From positions 1-49,925 of the forward strand of contig JACPLU010000007.1 of NCBI GenBank assembly GCA_016186395.1: DNA of 49,925 bases. The letters are read 5' to 3'. The DNA comes from Parcubacteria group bacterium (GTDB taxonomy: Bacteria > Patescibacteriota > Minisyncoccia > 2-02-FULL-40-12). Numbering within the stretch: the first letter of the stretch is position 1; each line of letters begins with the position of its first letter. The position numbers were made by a program, and so were the translations under genes. Under the pieces are notes generated by a model, which was not told where the DNA came from, made no database searches, and saw only the letters and a program-made list of their open reading frames with translations. Positions 15,950-22,626 of the stretch are shown here, in pieces.

Positions 15950-16165
15950 AGATTAGACCTTTAAACGGTGGGGTTGGCAGTGCCCCATAGGATCCGGATA
16001 AGCCGCGTGATGAAGCAACACGTGCCACGGGAGAAGTCTCGGGGTGGAAACAGGAGCTAGGAAGATCGTTTGGAGAATCTAGATGTACTCCAGGCGTGAA
16101 ACTTAGTCCTAACCCGAGAACTGCCAACATTTCATCCACCACTCTGTTGGTGGATTTTGCTTTTT
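15950..16165 (+). ncRNA. ~215-nt structured RNA of unknown class with its own promoter and terminator
   Basis: Helices GTTGGCAG (15973-80)/CTGCCAAC (16121-28), TCTCGGG (16037-43)/CCCGAGA (16113-19) and CGCGTG/CACGTG. Terminator ATCCACCA-CTCTGT-TGGTGGAT plus TTTTGCTTTTT (16134-16165). GC-rich in an AT-rich genome. Confidence 0.55.
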
Positions 16166-16175
16166 AGCGATACTA

Positions 16176-16194
16176 TCTCCCATGACACCTCTTA
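16176..16194. repeat. module-junction motif copy M2 (half motif)
   Basis: TCTCCCATGACACCTCTTA, the same TCTCCCATGACA core as M5. Lies directly after the terminator of the 215-nt RNA. Confidence 0.55.
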
Positions 16195-16288
16195 TACTAA
16201 CTGTCGCACAAGATGCATAATGCAGGGGATTGAGTTTAAATCGTATTCTGTGTATCCTATACATTAGTTATTTTCGTAGGAGGGTAAT

Positions 16289-16447
16289 ATGCCAGAAATA
16301 CTCGAGGGAATGAGATCAACATGTTGTAACGCACCTCTTTATATCGGCTATATGACTCCAATTGATACAGCACCGACTTTAGTATGCACCGCGTGCCATG
16401 AACGCGATAGAGAGGCAGAAAAGGAATACGACAAAACTCATATCTAA
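16289..16447 (+). CDS. hypothetical 52-aa Zn-ribbon-like protein (not in the ORF track, <60 aa)
   Basis: AGGAGGG SD 4 nt upstream of the ATG. Sequence MPEILEGMRSTCCNAPLYIGYMTPIDTAPTLVCTACHERDREAEKEYDKTHI. An intrinsic terminator follows. Confidence 0.55.
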   Translation: MPEILEGMRSTCCNAPLYIGYMTPIDTAPTLVCTACHERDREAEKEYDKTHI

Positions 16448-16455
16448 TCTTCCAA

Positions 16456-16477
16456 AAGCCTAAAACAGGCTTTTTTC
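16456..16477 (+). terminator. intrinsic terminator
   Basis: AAGCCT-AAAAC-AGGCTT followed by TTTT. Confidence 0.7.
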
Positions 16478-16480
16478 TTA

Positions 16481-16511
16481 TTCTCATAACCCATGATACT
16501 TCTAATATTTT
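16481..16511. repeat. module-junction motif copy M3
   Basis: TTCTCATAACCCATGATACTTCTAATATTTT, directly after the terminator of the 52-aa ORF. Confidence 0.65.
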
Positions 16512-16606
16512 ATTCCCGTCTATCAATAATTTTAACCTCAAGTAGATCCTACTTGAAACCAAATTATAAATACATGATCTGATATTCTAAGGTAAGACTT
16601 TGGGTA

Positions 16607-16684
16607 TTTGAAAACCGAACCTATTTTAACATCTTCAACATCTTCTCAAATGGCCACGCATTAATGACATGGTTTTTTTGTTTA
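16607..16684 (-). pseudogene. orphan copy of the polX 3' end (last ~20 codons, stop and ~15 nt downstream)
   Basis: About 90% identical to 18869-18942. Would encode KQKNHVINAWPFEKMLKMLK*, against polX ATKNHVINAWPLEKMLRMLK*. No upstream polX body. Confidence 0.8.
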
Positions 16685-16705
16685 AGTTTACTAACACTAA
16701 AATAC

Positions 16706-16918
16706 TTATCTAAAGTCTTTTTCATTTAAATTAGATTGGCGAAGAATAGACTTAAAAGTTCCAACTGGAATCTCTTTTTTATTTGCTGGGACTATAACTA
16801 TTAGTTTAATCCTGCCGGATTTATAAAATTTCATGTGACTTCCTTTTTGCGAAGTAAAAACAAAGCCCTTCTTTTTAAGGACTTTAATAATATAGTCGGA
16901 TGAATGAAGCTTAGACAC
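16706..16918 (-). CDS. hicA: HicA-family mRNA interferase toxin
   Basis: 70 aa with ...KKKGFVFTSQKGSHMKF...VPANKKEIPVGTFKSILRQ. The GTG start overlaps the hicB stop (GTGTCTAA). Confidence 0.85.
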   Translation of the reverse strand: MSKLHSSDYIIKVLKKKGFVFTSQKGSHMKFYKSGRIKLIVIVPANKKEIPVGTFKSILRQSNLNEKDFR

Positions 16919-17132
16919 GAGAATTAAAACTTAGTATTTGCGGTCTTTCAATTTTTGGAATAACTGGCTTTTTAGTATCCTCAAAATATAACTCTAGAGC
17001 TTCTTTTACGTTACTTACGGCCTCTTTTTGGCTTTTACCAAAGCTTGAAACATCAACATTCAAACATTGAGCAACAAAGTATTTACCCTCCTTCCAAACG
17101 ACTATTTTAAGATTTTGAATATATTTAAACAT
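16911..17132 (-). CDS. hicB: HicB-family antitoxin (UPF0150 fold only)
   Basis: 73 aa with ...VVWKEGKYFVAQCLNVDVSSFGKSQKEAVSNVKEALELYFED. Upstream of hicA and translationally coupled to it. Confidence 0.8.
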   Translation of the reverse strand: MFKYIQNLKIVVWKEGKYFVAQCLNVDVSSFGKSQKEAVSNVKEALELYFEDTKKPVIPKIERPQILSFNSRV

Positions 17133-17164
17133 ATACTTAAATTTACATCACTGAAATAAAAAAA

Positions 17165-17375
17165 TCAAACAACAACTGCCCGCAGAACCGTCTGATTTTA
17201 TAACTCTATGGCATCGTCGAGGACGAGGGCGAAGAGCCCACCTACGACGAACAGTTGTATACTGCCTAGGTTGAGGCGTTTCGAGCCATTGGCTCGTTCG
17301 CCTAACCAACTAAACTGCCTGTGCCCCGCATCGTGTTTGTGAAAGCAAACTCCGATGCGGGGCTCTTTTTTCTTT
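17165..17375 (+). ncRNA. GC-rich structured RNA with a strong plus-strand intrinsic terminator (5' end undefined)
   Basis: Helices ACAACTG (17172-78)/CAGTTGT (17252-58), CGTCG..GGGC-GAAGA-GCCC..CGACG and GGTTGAGGCG...CGCCTAACC. Terminator GCCCCGCATCG...CGATGCGGGGC plus TCTTTTTTC (17323-17375). Confidence 0.45.
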
Positions 17376-17384
17376 GCCAAAATC

Positions 17385-17410
17385 CATCCCCATGACCCAC
17401 ACCTTTGTTG
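17385..17410. repeat. module-junction motif copy M4
   Basis: CATCCCCATGACCCACACCTTTGTTG, directly after the terminator of the GC-rich RNA. Confidence 0.6.
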
Positions 17411-17440
17411 TTTATCCCATTTCATAAAATGTCATACTGA

Positions 17441-17800
17441 CTACACCTTCCTTTGTCTTTCTATAACTAACCCATCAAGCGCGTCTCTCATTTTTGTAAG
17501 TGACTTTCTAAAGTATTTTTCAAAAAATATAGCAGGGATATCAAATACTGCATAAAACAGCCACAATTCAGTACTTTTCACACCGTATTTCTTCATTAAC
17601 TTTTTCACCCCACCCGAAACGGTAAATTTCCCTACCCCTTCTTTAATAGCCAACGCAGTCGTATTCGGACAATTCTTTTCACCTTGCACAAACGGCCCTT
17701 TGCAGATATTTTCTGGAACCAACCTACCTTTCAACTCTCCCAGTTGTTGCTCGGAAAGATCGAATTTCCTGATTATCTTCTTGTATAATTGCTTAATCAT
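17441..17800 (-). CDS. hypothetical protein (119 aa)
   Basis: ATG start preceded by GGGAGA. No recognisable family. Confidence 0.5.
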   Translation of the reverse strand: MIKQLYKKIIRKFDLSEQQLGELKGRLVPENICKGPFVQGEKNCPNTTALAIKEGVGKFTVSGGVKKLMKKYGVKSTELWLFYAVFDIPAIFFEKYFRKSLTKMRDALDGLVIERQRKV

Positions 17801-17808
17801 ATATTATA

Positions 17809-17840
17809 TCTCCCATGACATCTTTACACTTTGTTGACTG
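17809..17840. repeat. module-junction motif copy M5
   Basis: TCTCCCATGACATCTTTACACTTTGTTGACTG. Confidence 0.65.
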
Positions 17841-17855
17841 TCACACACGATTTTA

Positions 17856-18341
17856 TCAATCTTTTACTAAAATCTTTACTCCTAAAATTTGGTTTAATTT
17901 TTCGGCTATCTTTCTACCTTCGTCGCTAAATAACCATGCAAATAATTTGACATTTTCAATGTGTGGGATAGCATCTACTGTTTCTTTAAACATTTCAATC
18001 ACCAACCCCCTCCTTCTATGTTCCGGTACCGTAAACGCGGCACAAAGATATAATGCTTCGTATCTATCTTGCGGTTTAGTCAGATCGAGTAATTCACATT
18101 CGTTAATTTCTCCTCTTAAAAACTTACCCATTAACTCTATTTGGGTCGGTAATACAACTACCCAACTGATCGGTTCTCCATTCTTTAATCTGTAAACGAC
18201 AGTTTTTGGATGCAACTCTTGCAGTTTATAGAATGACTCTCTCGTCATCGGCATCTGATTAGGATCGTCTGCTGTTCCAAAAAACCGTTCCGCGATATTT
18301 AACATTTTGTCTAACACTTTTTCATCCATATTTTTCTTCAT
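17856..18341 (-). CDS. GNAT-like acetyltransferase (weak assignment)
   Basis: 161 aa. ...FTVPEHRRRGLVIEMF resembles the acetyl-CoA-binding motif A (R/Q-x-x-G-x-G/A) and the size fits a GNAT fold. Confidence 0.35.
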   Translation of the reverse strand: MKKNMDEKVLDKMLNIAERFFGTADDPNQMPMTRESFYKLQELHPKTVVYRLKNGEPISWVVVLPTQIELMGKFLRGEINECELLDLTKPQDRYEALYLCAAFTVPEHRRRGLVIEMFKETVDAIPHIENVKLFAWLFSDEGRKIAEKLNQILGVKILVKD

Positions 18342-18360
18342 GACCTATGACACTTTTGTT
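18336..18360. repeat. module-junction motif copy M6
   Basis: CTTCATGACCTATGACACTTTTGTT, nearly identical to M1. Confidence 0.7.
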
Positions 18361-18462
18361 TTTTCAATAACTGCGTATATTTTTTGTTGGAAAGGTATAC
18401 TTTTCATTTTTTAAATATTAGTATTAATATCACAATAATAGAATAATTACAGAGGATTGAAA

Positions 18463-18792
18463 ATGAAGTTAGAAGAGTTCTTTAAAAATTTGGCCAAAAT
18501 AAAAGGAGAATATAACTGGTATATTACCCACGGTGAACTGATCAGAGCAAATAGAAAAACAAATAAATCAATAACCTATTGTCCAGTAACGGCAATGTAC
18601 CGGTCACTAAAAAATAAAACTCTTAATACTTATAGCATAGAAAAAGCGGGTACAAAGTTAGGACTTTCAATACGAGATCTGACTAAAATCCAAAATGCTT
18701 CAGATTTTGAAGGCCCAATTTCAGAAACCCGCAAGAGAATCCTTGAAATACTTAAACCTGAAAAAAGAAAAGATATACCTTCTTTACTTTAA
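18463..18792 (+). CDS. hypothetical protein (~109 aa)
   Basis: The ATG at 18463 lies 7 nt after AGAGGA. The ORF track starts at a TTG at 18457. No family recognised. Confidence 0.5.
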   Translation: MKLEEFFKNLAKIKGEYNWYITHGELIRANRKTNKSITYCPVTAMYRSLKNKTLNTYSIEKAGTKLGLSIRDLTKIQNASDFEGPISETRKRILEILKPEKRKDIPSLL

Positions 18793-18877
18793 TAACCCTA
18801 GCCCTTCGGCGATTCGACCACTTCGACAGGCTCAGGACAAGCAAGCTCACCGCAAGCTGCGCTCAAGGTTGAAATTT

Positions 18878-20710
18878 TTACTTTAACATCCTCAACATCT
18901 TCTCTAACGGCCACGCATTAATCACGTGGTTTTTTGTTGCCCAACCACGACGAGCTTGGGCTATACCATATTCCAACCAGCCAAAATGTGAAATATTATG
19001 AGCATCCGAATTTATGGCAAATTTTATTCCACCCATATCAACCGCTTTTCGAATATACTCATCTTTTAAATCTAACCGATCTGGACCAGCATTTATTTCC
19101 AAAACAGTTTTTGTAAGCTTTGCGGCTTTTAATATTTCGTCTATATCAAGTTTAATTGCTTCTCTGCGACCGATAATCCGTCCAGTTGGATGAAAAATGA
19201 TATCTACGTTTTGGTTTTCCATAGCACGAATTACTCTAGCGGTTTGTTCTTTTTCTGAAAGATTAAAATGAGAATGAACAGATGCACCAACAACATCTAA
19301 CTTTGCCAATACTTCATCTACGATATCTAATGAACCATCTTTTAAAATATTTACTTCCGCGCCTTTGAGAACGTGAAACTTGGAACCTACCCGCCCCGCT
19401 TCGCTTGGCGAGGCCGGGGAAACATGAAACTCCTTATTGATTTTATCTATTTCAGTCATTTGTTTAAGCAACTTCTTTTCGTCGCTTCCACCAGTCATGG
19501 CTAAAGATTTGGTATGATCTGTAATACAAATATATTCAAGACCGGCTTTCTTTGCAGCCTCGGCCATTTCTTTAATTGAATTTTCTCCGTCAGTCCAATT
19601 TGTTTGAGTTTGTAAATCCCCCTTTATTGAATTATAAGAAATAAGATCTGGCAGTTTTCTTTCTTGGCCAGCTTCAATTTCTCCATGATTTTTTCTAATT
19701 TCTGGCGGGGGATAACTCATACCAAGTGCCTCATAAATTTCTTCCTCTGTTTTCCCTGCAACTAATTTTTTGTCCTTATATAAACCGTACTCATTAAGCT
19801 TATAGCCTTTTTCCGCCCGAGGCGGATCCATCTTTGGCGGAGAATTTTTAATTTTGTATAACCCATACTCATTTAATGTATATCCCTTACTAAGAGCTAT
19901 CTCTCGCAATTTAATATTATGATATTTATCGCCGGTAAAATACTGCAATGCCGCACCGAATGATTCCGGCGGCAAAACCCGTAAATCCGCATCCATCCCA
20001 ATATCTAAACGAACGGTAGATTTTGTTTCACCTTTACCATATACCGCCATTACTTCTGGCATAGAAACAAAAAAGTCCATCACTTCTGATGGTTTTTTTG
20101 AAATGACAAGAATATCCAAGTCACCAATTGTTTCCTGCATTCGCCTTAATGACCCGGCAGGCATGACTTTTTCAACTCCAGGTACTTTTTCAAGTCTTTC
20201 TATAATCCTACGGGCAATCGGCAGTACTTCGCCAAGATTAAACCTCCCATGACTTTGTTTTAAAAAAGAAATGCTTTGTAATAGTTTTTGTTCTGTTTTT
20301 TCACCAAAACCCTCAATATCGCGAAGCTTATGACTGACAAGTGCTTTTTCTAATTGAGCGACCGTTTCGATATCTAACTTTTTATAAAGTTTTAAAATTT
20401 TCTTTGGGCCCAAACCTTCAATTTTACTTAAATTCTCTAAATCAACTGGAACTTCTTTTTTAAGTTTATCAAAATCTTCTACATGTCCGGTTTTAATATA
20501 TTCCTCAATTCGTTCAGAAATTCCCTTACCTACACCAGGAATTGCCTCAAGTCCTTTAATCCCCGATTTTTTATAAATCTCAACCACATCTTCACTTAAA
20601 GTTTCAATTGCATACGCTGCTTTTTCAAAAGCTCGAGGCTTAAAAGGAATTTCTTTCATATCCAAAAGAATAGCTACTTCATTTAATAATTTTGCTAATT
20701 TTTCATTCAT
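18878..20710 (-). CDS. polX: family X DNA polymerase with C-terminal PHP domain
   Basis: 610 aa with HhH motifs (GIGKG...), a Pol-beta-like nucleotidyltransferase core (GSLRR...GDLDIL) and PHP histidines (HTKS..., SVHSH, NSDAH). Confidence 0.9.
   Translation of the reverse strand: MNEKLAKLLNEVAILLDMKEIPFKPRAFEKAAYAIETLSEDVVEIYKKSGIKGLEAIPGVGKGISERIEEYIKTGHVEDFDKLKKEVPVDLENLSKIEGLGPKKILKLYKKLDIETVAQLEKALVSHKLRDIEGFGEKTEQKLLQSISFLKQSHGRFNLGEVLPIARRIIERLEKVPGVEKVMPAGSLRRMQETIGDLDILVISKKPSEVMDFFVSMPEVMAVYGKGETKSTVRLDIGMDADLRVLPPESFGAALQYFTGDKYHNIKLREIALSKGYTLNEYGLYKIKNSPPKMDPPRAEKGYKLNEYGLYKDKKLVAGKTEEEIYEALGMSYPPPEIRKNHGEIEAGQERKLPDLISYNSIKGDLQTQTNWTDGENSIKEMAEAAKKAGLEYICITDHTKSLAMTGGSDEKKLLKQMTEIDKINKEFHVSPASPSEAGRVGSKFHVLKGAEVNILKDGSLDIVDEVLAKLDVVGASVHSHFNLSEKEQTARVIRAMENQNVDIIFHPTGRIIGRREAIKLDIDEILKAAKLTKTVLEINAGPDRLDLKDEYIRKAVDMGGIKFAINSDAHNISHFGWLEYGIAQARRGWATKNHVINAWPLEKMLRMLK
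19371..19431. repeat. in-frame 51-nt GC-rich hairpin insert in polX flanked by a 10-nt direct repeat
   Basis: acgtgaaact ... acatgaaact flank CCCCGCTTCGC-TTG-GCGAGGCCGGGG. Encodes FHVSPASPSEAGRVGSKFHV. Confidence 0.65.
19775..19882. repeat. in-frame 48-nt insert in polX flanked by a 30-nt diverged duplication
   Basis: Y(K/T)LNEYGLYK is encoded twice (19775-19804 and 19853-19882) around a core containing TCCGCC-CGA-GGCGGA. Confidence 0.65.
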
Positions 20711-20740
20711 TAATTAGAAGATAACATTTATGCCCAAACT

Positions 20741-20762
20741 AAAAAAGAGCCAATAAAGGCTC
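20741..20762 (-). terminator. intrinsic terminator after the P-loop kinase-like gene
   Basis: Minus strand reads GAGCC-TTTATT-GGCTC followed by TTTTTT. Confidence 0.65.
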
Positions 20763-20797
20763 ATCAAAAATAAGTAAAAAATTTATTCTAGAGCTTG

Positions 20798-21430
20798 CTA
20801 AATTTTTTTGATTATAGTATCAACCCGTGAATGCAATTGTTCAATCGTCCCGTTGTTATCAATTGTGGCAAATAATGGAATCTTCGAAAAATCAACTGTT
20901 TTTTCAAACTCGGCACGATCCCATACGTTCTGAACCATCTTTTCTGCGGTATTCACCCGAATCTCTCCAGGCGTAGATATCCAATTTTCGTCCTCGTACT
21001 TTTTTCGCATCCGTTCTGCGGCGATTACCGAGTCTGTCATAACTCGAACATAAAATACTGGTACCGAAAACTGGCTGGCGACTGATTCAATATTTTGACG
21101 ATCTTTTTCATCTAAAGCATTTCCGTCAAGAACCACTCCATACCCTTGCTCAAACAGTTTCTGCATTGAAAAACGCAAGAGGATCCGTACGTTCTCACCC
21201 CATTCCAGTGTATTATCACGTAAAATGCTTCGGGCATCATTTGCGCTAACAAGTACCGATGCCATACCTTGAACAACTTTCAGCCTTTTTGCAATAGTTG
21301 TTCGTCCTGATCCAGGAATTCCAATCAAGGCAACCACAAATGGCTTATTTCCTTTCTCGTAAAATTGCGGAACTAAAAATCGTTCATAAAAACTTTGCGC
21401 AACATTTGTTAAAAATTTTTCTTTATCCAC
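20798..21430 (-). CDS. P-loop NTPase/kinase-like protein (AAA_33/zeta-toxin-like fold)
   Basis: 210 aa with Walker A GIPGSGRTT and Walker-B-like VVLDG. Apparent GTG start. Confidence 0.5.
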   Translation of the reverse strand: MDKEKFLTNVAQSFYERFLVPQFYEKGNKPFVVALIGIPGSGRTTIAKRLKVVQGMASVLVSANDARSILRDNTLEWGENVRILLRFSMQKLFEQGYGVVLDGNALDEKDRQNIESVASQFSVPVFYVRVMTDSVIAAERMRKKYEDENWISTPGEIRVNTAEKMVQNVWDRAEFEKTVDFSKIPLFATIDNNGTIEQLHSRVDTIIKKI

Positions 21431-21448
21431 GTTTGTAAAACCTCACCC

Positions 21449-21646
21449 CTAAACATGGCTTGTTTTATCAAGAAAATTCTTAAACACTTTCCCGCACCAA
21501 CGACAAAAAGAAAGCTTACCCTTTATAACAGACTCAACGGAATGGCCACTTTTTTTGCAAAGACTCTCGCGATAATAACGCTTGTCCTCACCTGAAAGAG
21601 GCACTATTTCTGGGATTTTTGCTTTTGTTCTAGGCTGATTTCTCAT
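21449..21646 (-). CDS. hypothetical small protein (65 aa, C..H...CxxC)
   Basis: ATG-initiated ORF with basic residues and a possible Zn knuckle (SFCRWCGKVF). Confidence 0.4.
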   Translation of the reverse strand: MRNQPRTKAKIPEIVPLSGEDKRYYRESLCKKSGHSVESVIKGKLSFCRWCGKVFKNFLDKTSHV

Positions 21647-21882
21647 GTCCTAAAACCATAGCATGTTTATTTAAATTGCACCATATGAATCTGTAAAATA
21701 ATTTTACCCCGCCTCTTTAATCAATAAAATATCTTCTTGAGAATACAAAGTATTTACGGCCACTGCGTCGAGCTAAGCTCGACTTCGTTTTAAGCAATTT
21801 AAATTACATTGAGTCCCGGAAAAAGAGACGGGGTAAGTTTTTGTGGCTACTCTCCGCCCTAGGGCGGATTGTAGACAAAATC

Positions 21883-22542
21883 TTACTTTAAATCATTTAT
21901 TTCAGAAAGAGATTGGAATCTTTCTTTGTGAATTCTGCGCATCTCTTTAAGGGTATGAGTACTTCGATAAATTGGCAAAAGAATAAAAGAGCCCGCAAGT
22001 CCCATAATACTTACGATTATAAACAATGTATTGAAACCAAAGTTCGTAGCAATAATTGAACCAATGTAAGCGCTTAATGCAGTTCCTGTACCAATAGCAA
22101 CATCCTCAACTGACCATTCATAACCAACTTTTCCCTTATCAATATGATTAGTAAAAAGAATCCTCCATCCTGGTACAGCCATAGAATTAACAAGACCATT
22201 TATTGCCTGAAGAATATAAATATGCCAGGGCTTTGATGAGGCTATAAAAAGCAAAGGAATAATTGATAAAAGAATAGAACCGATAAACATGAAGTAAAAT
22301 TCATCTCTTTCACCGTCAGTTCTATCCATATAACGGCTTAAAGGAACCGTGGTTAAAGCCCGCACGATCCAATAAGTAGTTGCGGCAAGACCGATAACTT
22401 CTAAATTTCCGCCTTGAATTTGTTTTGTGATGAATATCGCGAAAATAGGTGCAAAAAGACCAACCGCAAAAAGAATAATAAAATCGGACAAAATTAAAAC
22501 CCGAACAATTTTATTTATAGAAAGATTAATACTAATCCGCAT
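21883..22542 (-). CDS. half-size (6-TM) MFS-like membrane protein
   Basis: 219 aa with six predicted helices and an MFS motif-A-like loop (PLSRYMDRTDGERD) between TM2 and TM3. Confidence 0.5.
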   Translation of the reverse strand: MRISINLSINKIVRVLILSDFIILFAVGLFAPIFAIFITKQIQGGNLEVIGLAATTYWIVRALTTVPLSRYMDRTDGERDEFYFMFIGSILLSIIPLLFIASSKPWHIYILQAINGLVNSMAVPGWRILFTNHIDKGKVGYEWSVEDVAIGTGTALSAYIGSIIATNFGFNTLFIIVSIMGLAGSFILLPIYRSTHTLKEMRRIHKERFQSLSEINDLK

Positions 22543-22550
22543 TAGTTTTT

Positions 22551-22594
22551 AGTTTAACAAAACAAATACACCCGGGCAACTGCCCGGATGTATT
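22551..22594 (-). terminator. intrinsic terminator after the S8 protease gene
   Basis: Minus strand has an AATACAT-CCGGGC-AGTT-GCCCGG-GTGTATT stem followed by TGTTTTGTT. Confidence 0.6.
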
Positions 22595-22626
22595 AATTAT
22601 CAAAACCTTATACAAATAAAGAATGT

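Noticed and set aside
15948-16142. 64-aa minus-strand ORF antisense to the 215-nt structured RNA
   Set aside because: It is bounded by a plus-strand promoter and terminator and has no start context. The nearby motif copy M2 is not followed by an ATG at the spacing seen for real genes.
16257-16562. 101-aa minus-strand ORF
   Set aside because: It is antisense to the 52-aa plus-strand ORF, which has a strong SD and its own terminator. Its sequence looks random and it runs through that terminator and motif M3.
17220-17270. tmRNA-style tag reading frame (…EEPTYDEQLYTA*) in the GC-rich RNA
   Set aside because: The tag does not end in the usual hydrophobic (A/L)AA-type degron, has no resume-codon context or flanking pseudoknots, and is not linked to the TLD-like RNA.
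17198-17425. 75-aa minus-strand ORF and the SD-less 44-codon plus-strand ORF (17208..17342)
   Set aside because: Both lie in the GC-rich helical region that ends in a plus-strand terminator. Neither has an RBS or a recognisable fold. Treated as RNA, at moderate confidence.
14504-18360. Integron attC sites as the identity of the module-junction motif and of the E1/E3 hairpins
   Set aside because: No RYYYAAC/GTTRRRY core sites lie at the element ends, no intI is present, and the cassettes have mixed orientation. The analogy is kept only as a concept.
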